NCBI GenBank assembly: GCA_036835125.1 | Contig: DAITMO010000001.1 | Coordinates: 127,508-191,507, forward strand | Origin: Patescibacteria group bacterium | GTDB lineage: Bacteria > Patescibacteriota > Microgenomatia > UBA8517 | Length of the DNA: 64,000 nt | Direction of reading: 5' to 3' | Part shown: in pieces, positions 56,680 through 64,000 of the stretch | Layout: each line of letters opens with the position of its first letter | Numbering within the stretch: position 1 is the stretch's first letter | Position numbers and translations under genes: made by a program | The notes under the pieces: model-generated | Seen by the model: only the letters and a program-made list of their open reading frames with translations | Told to the model about the DNA's origin: nothing | Databases searched by the model: none

Positions 56680-57289
56680 ATTTGAAGAATTGCATAAATT
56701 GAAAGATGGGATGGAGAATGATGATACGCTTCCCTTAAAAAAAGGTGCTACCAAATTAGTTTTTGGTTCAGGGAATACTGAAGCAAAAGTTCTTGCGATC
56801 GGAGAGGCGCCAGGAGCAACAGAAAATTCAACAGGCTTGCCATTTGTAGGACAGGCGGGTAAGCTTTTAGATAAACTTTTTCCTTTGGCGGGACTCGTGC
56901 GGAAAGATGTTTTCATAACAAACATTGTTCATCATAGGCCTCCAGGAAATCGTGATCCTGAACCCAATGAAATTGAAGCATATGGGGTTTATTTAGATAA
57001 AATCATTGAAATAATTGACCCTGAAGTAATAATCACACTAGGTCGCTATTCAATGGCAAAGTTTTTACCAAATGTTTTTATAAGTAGTGTCCATGGTAAA
57101 AAGTATGAAATTAATTGGAAAGGGAAAAATATAGTTGTTATTCCTATGTATCACCCTGCAGCTTCCCTTCGAAATGGAAACATTTTGGAGGCAGAAAAAA
57201 ACGACTTCTATCAATTAAGAGAAATATTGCGTAAAATAAAAGAGGAAAAAAAAGAAGTTCCAAAAGTTGAACAAATAGAGTTGGTTTAA
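56663..57289 (+). CDS. uracil-DNA glycosylase, family 4
   Basis: LVFGSGNTEAKVLAIGEAPGATE and GLPFVGQAGKLLD are UDG family 4 motifs. Confidence 0.8.
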   Translation: MEKMSKFEELHKLKDGMENDDTLPLKKGATKLVFGSGNTEAKVLAIGEAPGATENSTGLPFVGQAGKLLDKLFPLAGLVRKDVFITNIVHHRPPGNRDPEPNEIEAYGVYLDKIIEIIDPEVIITLGRYSMAKFLPNVFISSVHGKKYEINWKGKNIVVIPMYHPAASLRNGNILEAEKNDFYQLREILRKIKEEKKEVPKVEQIELV

Positions 57290-57308
57290 CTACCCATTTA
57301 GTAAATGT

Positions 57309-58973
57309 ATGAAAAATAATTCAAACAAATTGAAATTCATTGCGTTATCCGGAACCACTGGAGTTACCGAGAATTTATATGTATATGAGTATGGAAACGA
57401 TATGATAATTGTTGACTGTGGCGTGGGTTTTCCAGATAGTGATATGTTTGGGGTAGATCTTGTAATTCCTGATTTCTCATACATTATTCAAAATAAAAAT
57501 AAATTAAGGGGAATTCTAATTTCTCATGGTCACGAAGATCACCTTGGAGCTCTTCCATTTTTACTAAAAGAGATAAATGTACCAATTTATTCTTCAAAAT
57601 TGGTCGCAGGTTTTATTCAAGATAAATTTGACGATTATGAAATGAAAACTCCAGACTTGAAAGTATTTGACCCAGAGCGTGATGTTTTGACACTTGGAGT
57701 TTTCAAAGTAACTCCATTTAGGGTAGCCCACTCAGTTCCTGATGGGGTTGGATTTTGTATTGACACCCCTGAGGGAAAGGTATTCCATGTACCAGATTAT
57801 AAATTTGACTGGACTCCGGTGGACGGCAAACCATTTGATGCAGTGAAAGCTGCAACATTAGCATCAGGTGGAGTATTAGCACTTGCCTCAGACGCTCTTG
57901 GTTCAACATCCCCTGGATATACAGAAAGTGAAAAAGAACTAGAAGACAGGATTGAAACAGTTGCTAGAAAAGTTAAAGGCAAAATTTACTTAACTACAAT
58001 TTCATCAAATATAAGTCGTATGCAACAAACAATAAATGTTGCCCAAAGACTTGGAAGAAAGGTTGTTCTTATTGGTCGCTCTATTGAAAGAAAAGCTCAA
58101 ATCGCAAAAGACCTAGGTTACCTTTTCTATCCAGAGGGTGTGGTTGTTAAGCCCAAGCAAGTAGGAAGGATTCAACCAAACCAAGTCCTTTACATAATTT
58201 CTGGTTGTTATGGGCAGTCAGGGAGTGCACTTTATAGACTTATCACAGGAGAACATGATTTTCTAACAATTGGAAAAGGAGATGCTGTGATATTTTCAGC
58301 TGACCCTGCTCCTCCTGGAAGCAAAGCAAATGTTGATTATTTAGTAGATAAACTAATTGAAGACAACATTGACGTTCATTATTATGATACCCAGGAAGAT
58401 CTTCATGTATCAGGTCATGGTTGTCAAAAAGATATTGAAATGCTTTTTGCGCTTGTTAAACCAAAATATTTCATCCCAATTGGTGGAACTGTAAGACACA
58501 TGAGGTCCTATGGACTCATTGCTCGAAGTATGGGAGCGAAGGAAGAAGAAGTTTTGGAGTTGGAACCAGGAGATATTGTTGAGTTTTCAGGTGGTTATGC
58601 AAAAGAAGCGGGAAGAATACCTGTAAAAGAAATATTGGTAGATGGACTTGGAATTGGGGATGTTGGAAATGTTGTGTTAAGGGATCGTCATATTCTTTCC
58701 AAAGAAGGAATAGTAATTGCACTAATACATTTTGATAGAAATGAGAATATTCTTACAGAAACTCCAGAAATATTGAGTCGTGGTTTTGTTTTTGAACAAA
58801 AATATGGAAGAGTTTTAGAAGACGCAGGCCGTGAACTTGTAAAAGCCCTAACTAAAAAGAAAAAAATCAATTCAAATATTGTTAAAAACATTGCAATAGA
58901 TTTCCTGGAAAGATATTTCTTCCAAAAAACAGGCAGACGTCCCATGATTCTTCCAGTTGTTGTTGAGGTTTAA
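57309..58973 (+). CDS. rnj: ribonuclease J
   Basis: Metallo-beta-lactamase motif ILISHGHEDHLGALP and a beta-CASP domain (HVSGHGCQKDIEMLF). The length and C-terminal domain are typical of RNase J. Confidence 0.88.
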   Translation: MKNNSNKLKFIALSGTTGVTENLYVYEYGNDMIIVDCGVGFPDSDMFGVDLVIPDFSYIIQNKNKLRGILISHGHEDHLGALPFLLKEINVPIYSSKLVAGFIQDKFDDYEMKTPDLKVFDPERDVLTLGVFKVTPFRVAHSVPDGVGFCIDTPEGKVFHVPDYKFDWTPVDGKPFDAVKAATLASGGVLALASDALGSTSPGYTESEKELEDRIETVARKVKGKIYLTTISSNISRMQQTINVAQRLGRKVVLIGRSIERKAQIAKDLGYLFYPEGVVVKPKQVGRIQPNQVLYIISGCYGQSGSALYRLITGEHDFLTIGKGDAVIFSADPAPPGSKANVDYLVDKLIEDNIDVHYYDTQEDLHVSGHGCQKDIEMLFALVKPKYFIPIGGTVRHMRSYGLIARSMGAKEEEVLELEPGDIVEFSGGYAKEAGRIPVKEILVDGLGIGDVGNVVLRDRHILSKEGIVIALIHFDRNENILTETPEILSRGFVFEQKYGRVLEDAGRELVKALTKKKKINSNIVKNIAIDFLERYFFQKTGRRPMILPVVVEV

Positions 58974-59001
58974 GCCTACTTCGATATACAATTACTTACG
59001 T

Positions 59002-61110
59002 ATGGCCAAAAGAAAAAGATTTACCAAAAGAGCTTTTAAGTTAAAACTTAAAAAGGAATCTGTTTTTTCTATTTCTCAAATAATATTTTTTACTTTAGCA
59101 GGTCTTATTCTTGTTTCTTTTTCTCGTCAGGGAATGATCCTTTTAGGTTTTAATGATTTTCTTTTGAAATATTTTGCTTGGTCATCTATTCTTTTGCCAT
59201 TTATTTTTCTTTCTTTTGCATTTCTTCTTTCAAAAACAAAATTTATTTTAGGTCAACCTAATGTAATTGTAGGAGGGCTCCTTTTCTTTATCTCAGTAAT
59301 GTCGTTGGGACAGGCTGGGATAGTAGGAAAAACATTTTGGGAAGCAATTGCTACTCTTGTAATGGGGGTTGGGGCAGGAATCATATTTGCAGGAGTCGGA
59401 TTTATTGGGCTAATTATTCTTTTTAATACTTCAATTGATGCAGTTTATAAAATTTTCAAAGAATTCTTAAGGAAAGCAGGAATTTATATTCATGGAGATA
59501 AAACACAAATCAAAATTGGTGGTGTTGGTATGACCAAAGGACAACTTAAAGTTAGTGGAGGAAATTTTAATACAAACGATGCAAATAAAGGAACAGCTCC
59601 AGTAGCAACTTTGTCTAAGGAACCCCTTGAGCAGAAACTTGTGAGTAACATTCCAGGAGAAGAGACGGTTTGGAAATATCCGTCAATTGACATTTTGGGT
59701 GGAACTGACGGTGGACATGCTGATCGTGGTGACATTAAAGGAAATGCTGCAACAATTGAAAAAACTCTTGAATCTTTTGGAATTACTGCAAATGTTGTTG
59801 AGGTAAACCTTGGGCCCGCGGTCACCCAGTATGCAATTGAGGTGGCTCTTGGCACAAAACTTTCAAAAATTACTTCGCTGGAACGTGACTTGGCATTAGC
59901 TCTTTCTGCTCCAACTGGAACCATCAGAATTGAGGCTCCAATTCCAGGCCGCAACCTTGTCGGAATTGAGCTTCCCAATAGATCCCCTGAATTTGTTCCT
60001 CTTAGGAAGATTATGGAAGCAGAAGAAATGCAGGGAGCAAAATCCAAGCTCATGGTTTCTTTGGGGTTGGATGTTTCCGGAAAACCAATTGTTGCCAATA
60101 TTGGAAAAATGCCACATGTTCTTATAGCAGGACAAACTGGTAGTGGTAAATCTGTTTGTATTAATGCATTTTTAGCATCTCTTCTTTTTAGAGCAGCTCC
60201 CACAGAAGTGAAGTTCATTCTTGTTGATCCTAAGCGAGTTGAATTAACTCCATATAACGGTTTGCCGCATTTATTATCTCCTGTTATCGTAGAACCTGAA
60301 AAAGTTATTTCAGCCCTTCGTTGGCTTATGGCTGAGATGGATAGACGCTATAAACTATTTGCTCAAGCAGGAGCAAGAAACATTGAAAGCTATAATGAGA
60401 TGTCTGGTTTTCAGGCACTTCCCTATATCGTTCTTTTCATTGATGAGCTTGCAGATATCATGCTTTTCTCTCCGGTTGAAGTTGAAGACGCAATTACTCG
60501 TATTGCACAAATGTCTAGGGCAACTGGAATACACATGGTACTAGCTACACAGCGACCTTCAGTTGATGTTATTACAGGTTTAATTAAAGCCAATGTTCCT
60601 TCTCGTATTGCATTTGCAGTTTCTTCTCAAATTGACTCAAGAGTAATTTTAGACACTCAGGGAGCAGAGAAACTTCTTGGAAAGGGAGACATGCTTTACC
60701 TTCCTCCAGAACAAGCAAAACCTTTAAGAATTCAAGGAGCATTCATTGGGGATAAAGAAATAGGGAGTTTAATATCCTTCCTTAAAAATCAGGGAATTGA
60801 AACTCAATATACTGAAGAAGTTACAACAATGGCAAAAGCAGGAAGTGTTTCAGTTGCAGGAGTTGGTGGGGAAGTTGATGATTTCTTCAAAGAAGCGGTT
60901 AAAGTAGTTTGCCAGTATGATAGAGCTTCTGCCTCCCTTCTTCAAAGAAGGCTTTCAATAGGTTATGCAAGGGCAGCAAGAATTGTTGACCAACTTGAAG
61001 CAGCGGGAGTAATTGCTCCAAGTGATGGAACTAGTAAACCTCGTGAAGTTTTAGTTCAAAACGCTGAAGAATTTTTAGCTTCTTCAGGAAATCCTCCTGC
61101 TCAGGAATAA
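59002..61110 (+). CDS. ftsK: DNA translocase FtsK/SpoIIIE
   Basis: Four N-terminal TM segments. Motor domain with Walker A IAGQTGSGKS, Walker B LFIDELADIM and MVLATQRPSVDVI. C-terminal gamma winged helix (LLQRRLSIGYARAARIVDQLEAAGVI). The start MAKRKRF at 59002 is preferred over 58957. Confidence 0.9.
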   Translation: MAKRKRFTKRAFKLKLKKESVFSISQIIFFTLAGLILVSFSRQGMILLGFNDFLLKYFAWSSILLPFIFLSFAFLLSKTKFILGQPNVIVGGLLFFISVMSLGQAGIVGKTFWEAIATLVMGVGAGIIFAGVGFIGLIILFNTSIDAVYKIFKEFLRKAGIYIHGDKTQIKIGGVGMTKGQLKVSGGNFNTNDANKGTAPVATLSKEPLEQKLVSNIPGEETVWKYPSIDILGGTDGGHADRGDIKGNAATIEKTLESFGITANVVEVNLGPAVTQYAIEVALGTKLSKITSLERDLALALSAPTGTIRIEAPIPGRNLVGIELPNRSPEFVPLRKIMEAEEMQGAKSKLMVSLGLDVSGKPIVANIGKMPHVLIAGQTGSGKSVCINAFLASLLFRAAPTEVKFILVDPKRVELTPYNGLPHLLSPVIVEPEKVISALRWLMAEMDRRYKLFAQAGARNIESYNEMSGFQALPYIVLFIDELADIMLFSPVEVEDAITRIAQMSRATGIHMVLATQRPSVDVITGLIKANVPSRIAFAVSSQIDSRVILDTQGAEKLLGKGDMLYLPPEQAKPLRIQGAFIGDKEIGSLISFLKNQGIETQYTEEVTTMAKAGSVSVAGVGGEVDDFFKEAVKVVCQYDRASASLLQRRLSIGYARAARIVDQLEAAGVIAPSDGTSKPREVLVQNAEEFLASSGNPPAQE

Positions 61111-61157
61111 ATATAAATCAAAAAACAATAAAGAAACAAAATTATTGTAAGTAGGAT

Positions 61158-61781
61158 ATGAAAAACATTAATCAAATTCTTAAAGATGCCAGAGTTGAAA
61201 AAAAGCTCTCGTTAGAAGAGCTTGGAGAAATTACAAAGATAAAAACATCATTTTTAAAATTATTGGAAGAAGGTAAATGGGAAGCACTTCCTCCCTTTGC
61301 AACAGTACTTGGCTTTGTAAAAAGTTTATCTTCTGTTTTAGGAATTGATGAAAAAATGGCAATTGCAGTATTTAAAAGAGACTATCTACCTAAAGAAGAA
61401 AATATTGTTCCAAAGCCTGATGTGTCTTCCAAAAAAACACTTGGACCAAAATTAGCTTTTGGTTTAGGGATTGGGGCAGTTTCTCTTCTAATTATTGGGT
61501 ATCTTATATTTCAATATATTAAGTTTGTTTCTCCCCCAAAGTTAGATATTGTAAGTCCTAAAGAAGATCAAAAAATTGCAGGTGCTACGGCTTTAGTATT
61601 TGGTTCAACAGATAAAGATGCTAAAGTAACCATAAATAATGAGCCTGTATTGATTGATGACGATGGAAAATTCTCAGTTGATATAAAAATAACAGACGAC
61701 ACAAAAGAAATTGTAATTACCTCCCAATCTAGGAGTGGTAAAACAACGACAATTTCGCGTAAAATACAGACAGTGCAGTAG
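61158..61781 (+). CDS. RodZ-like HTH membrane protein
   Basis: N-terminal XRE-type HTH (LSLEELGEITKIKTSFLKLLEEGKW), a single TM, and a C-terminal beta domain. Confidence 0.55.
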   Translation: MKNINQILKDARVEKKLSLEELGEITKIKTSFLKLLEEGKWEALPPFATVLGFVKSLSSVLGIDEKMAIAVFKRDYLPKEENIVPKPDVSSKKTLGPKLAFGLGIGAVSLLIIGYLIFQYIKFVSPPKLDIVSPKEDQKIAGATALVFGSTDKDAKVTINNEPVLIDDDGKFSVDIKITDDTKEIVITSQSRSGKTTTISRKIQTVQ

Positions 61782-61810
61782 CTCTGATAAAATAGAAATA
61801 TAAAATTAAC

Positions 61811-62044
61811 ATGGATTCAGTTCAAACACTTTTGATAGTTGTAGTAATAAGTCTAACCTTTCTTCTTGTTGTTGTTGGAATTCAGGTAATGATGATAATT
61901 ATTGATTTAAGGCGAGCTGTGAAAAGACTAAATAGTATATTAGAAGATTCAATTTTAGGAGGTGGATTAATCAGACCAGACAAGCTGACTTCAGTTATGG
62001 AGATTCTTCATAAAGGCAAGAAGCTCGAAACACATGGAGGGTAG
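61811..62044 (+). CDS. small membrane protein
   Basis: 77 aa with one TM (LLIVVVISLTFLLVVVGIQVMMIII). Confidence 0.35.
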   Translation: MDSVQTLLIVVVISLTFLLVVVGIQVMMIIIDLRRAVKRLNSILEDSILGGGLIRPDKLTSVMEILHKGKKLETHGG

Positions 62045-62047
62045 AGT

Positions 62048-62560
62048 TTAGACAAGTAATTGACTTAAAAATTTTTTAATAATGTTCTCCAGTTCACCCA
62101 TTTTCTCGTATTCTACGAGTTCAAAATTAGGCAGTTCCTCTTTCCCAACCCCCTTTACCATCGTAGAAAGACCGGACGGCCAGATATTTTTTTGATTGAG
62201 AGCCAGGATTTGTACGGCAGTTAATCCCCGTTGCTGTCTTGTACAAGCATAACCAATTTCAATGCCAGTACCAGTACTTGGTATTGTTGTCTCAAATATA
62301 ATTCCGGCAAGTTCGGGTCTATCTATAAAACCCAATAATGCTTGTCTGATAGCAATACTCCTGTTTGTTTCTGGAGAAATTTTACCAATCGCATTTTCCA
62401 AAAGAAGAGCTGTTTCTTCTTTTGTTTTTCCTGAAGTGTGTTCTGAGAGAACAGCAAAACCCTCTCTCTTAATTATATCTATGGCATGTTTATGTATAGG
62501 TGCCCTTTCTGCTCTGTCGATATTCCCCTGAATTGCTGCCCCATAAAATATTTCACGCAT
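62048..62560 (-). CDS. nucleoside 2-deoxyribosyltransferase-like / 2'-deoxynucleoside 5'-phosphate N-hydrolase-like protein
   Basis: DRPELAGIIFETTIPSTGTGIEIGYA matches the NDT catalytic Glu region. It is 170 aa. Confidence 0.55.
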   Translation of the reverse strand: MREIFYGAAIQGNIDRAERAPIHKHAIDIIKREGFAVLSEHTSGKTKEETALLLENAIGKISPETNRSIAIRQALLGFIDRPELAGIIFETTIPSTGTGIEIGYACTRQQRGLTAVQILALNQKNIWPSGLSTMVKGVGKEELPNFELVEYEKMGELENIIKKFLSQLLV

Positions 62561-62652
62561 AATATTCGGACCATTATACCAAACTTTTTTGTAGGGGATA
62601 CGAAAATATAATTTGAATCATTAGTAGTGGCTAAAAATGCTATACTTTAGCC

Positions 62653-64000
62653 ATGACAACCTCTGATATTAGAAAAAAGTATTTGGACTTTTTCAAAAAG
62701 AATGGACATACTGAAATAGCTCCATCCCCACTTGTTATTGATGGTGACCCAACAACCCTTTTTACATCATCTGGTATGCAGCAATTAGTTCCATACTTGA
62801 AAGGAGAAAAACATCCCGATGGGCAAAGATTGGTGGATATTCAACCATCACTTCGGTTGCAGGACTTGGATGAAGTAGCTGACAATAGACACTTTTCTTT
62901 TTTTGAGATGCTTGGAAATTGGAGCCTTGGTGAATACTTTAAAAAAGAACAACTTGCTTTTGTTTGGGAGTTTTTTACCAAAGAGCTAAATCTTTCTTCC
63001 GAAAGGCTCCATGTATCTGTTTTTGAAGGAACCGATGACATTCCAAAAGATACAGAATCTTTCGATATTTGGAAAAGCTTGGGAGTAGAAGAAAGTCACA
63101 TACATTTCTATGGATCAGAAAAAAATTGGTGGAGCAGGGCCGGAGCCCCTTCAAAAATGCCAGCAGGAGAAGTTGGCGGACCAGATAGTGAAATATTCTA
63201 TGAATTCACGGATGTTCCTCATGATCCAAAGTTTGGCTCTTTTTGCCATCCAAATTGTGATTGTGGAAAGTTTTTGGAAATAGGCAACTCTGTTTTTATG
63301 CAGTATCAAAAAATGGAAGATGGATCTTTAAAGGAACTTCCTCAAAAAAACGTAGACTTTGGTGGAGGTTTAGAAAGGGTTGCCGCAGCAGTCTTAAATG
63401 ATTCTGATGTTTTTCATATAGATATTTTTTCAGGAGTAATCAAAAAAGTAAGCGAAGAAGTTGGTGTGGAATACAATACTGATTCCAAAAAAGATAGAAG
63501 TTTTAGGATTATAGCAGACCATTTAAGGGCTAGTGTAAATTTGCTTGCAGAAGGTATCGTTCCAGGAAATAAACTTCAGGGTTATGCTCTAAGGCGTTTG
63601 ATAAGACGCGCCATGTTTCATTTTCACCTTTTGGGATCTGGAATTTCTGGAAATGCAATTGCTTATATCGCAGAAGACTACAAAAAGCATTACGAAAATG
63701 TAAATAAAAATTGGCAGTTTATTGAAGAGAACTTAACTACAGAGGCAGTACGTTTTGAAGCGGCACTAAAAAGAGGATTGTCAAGATTAACAAAAGCTGT
63801 GACAGACGGAAAAGTAATAAATGGTGAATTTGCTTTTGATTTGTACCAGACTGAAGGATTTCCTTTAGAACTTACAATGGAAATTTTGGGTCAAAATGGA
63901 ATTAATTTTTCAACTGAAGAAAAAAATGCTTTTGAAACGGAATTTGAAAAACACAAAGAAGCTTCTCGCTCTGCTTCTTCTGGAATGTTTAAGGGTGGAC
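62653..64000 (+). CDS. alaS: alanine--tRNA ligase, N-terminal part (runs off window end)
   Basis: MTTSDIRKKYLDFFKKNGHTEIAPSPLVIDGDPTTLFTSSGMQQ, FEMLGNWSLGEYFK, HPNCDCGKFLEIGNSVFMQY. There is no stop before the window end. Confidence 0.92.
   Translation, partial: MTTSDIRKKYLDFFKKNGHTEIAPSPLVIDGDPTTLFTSSGMQQLVPYLKGEKHPDGQRLVDIQPSLRLQDLDEVADNRHFSFFEMLGNWSLGEYFKKEQLAFVWEFFTKELNLSSERLHVSVFEGTDDIPKDTESFDIWKSLGVEESHIHFYGSEKNWWSRAGAPSKMPAGEVGGPDSEIFYEFTDVPHDPKFGSFCHPNCDCGKFLEIGNSVFMQYQKMEDGSLKELPQKNVDFGGGLERVAAAVLNDSDVFHIDIFSGVIKKVSEEVGVEYNTDSKKDRSFRIIADHLRASVNLLAEGIVPGNKLQGYALRRLIRRAMFHFHLLGSGISGNAIAYIAEDYKKHYENVNKNWQFIEENLTTEAVRFEAALKRGLSRLTKAVTDGKVINGEFAFDLYQTEGFPLELTMEILGQNGINFSTEEKNAFETEFEKHKEASRSASSGMFKGG

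Noticed and set aside
62614-62647. TTGAAT ... TATACT as the alaS promoter
   Set aside because: Hexamer spacing is about 22 nt, too long for a sigma70 promoter. It was left unannotated.

Overview
This is a low-GC, gene-dense window with the gene content and synteny of a reduced-genome Candidate Phyla Radiation-type bacterium. It carries chaperone and translation genes (groES-groEL; hrcA-grpE-dnaK-dnaJ-nusA-infB; rpsO-pnp; rnj; ftsK; metG; alaS partial; rpsT; tRNA-Cys). It also has many envelope genes (MurJ, LCP, two FemAB, M23 peptidase, several GT-C/GT2/GT4 glycosyltransferases, a UbiA-like prenyl/phosphoribosyl transferase, UDP-xylose synthase). Both heat-shock operons are preceded by sigma70-like promoters that overlap CIRCE operators, the HrcA binding site. 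The standout is a complete diversity-generating retroelement (DGR) inserted at the 3' end of infB. It comprises a target gene with a C-terminal variable repeat, a roughly 124-bp template repeat whose mismatches fall almost only at template adenines, a four-helix-bundle Avd-like gene, and a DGR-type reverse transcriptase carrying the IGNLTSQ and YTDD motifs. The cassette is bracketed by a 22-bp perfect direct repeat that continues in frame into two alternative IF-2 C-termini. A second notable region is a minus-strand operon with PilN/PilO-like type IV pilus assembly genes. They are followed by four secreted Thr/Pro-rich, Cys-rich or FN3/Ig surface proteins that end in LP[QK]SG-plus-hydrophobic-tail motifs. 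A PMT-like protein O-mannosyltransferase homolog lies next to this operon. No CRISPR array, rRNA or obvious integrase was seen.
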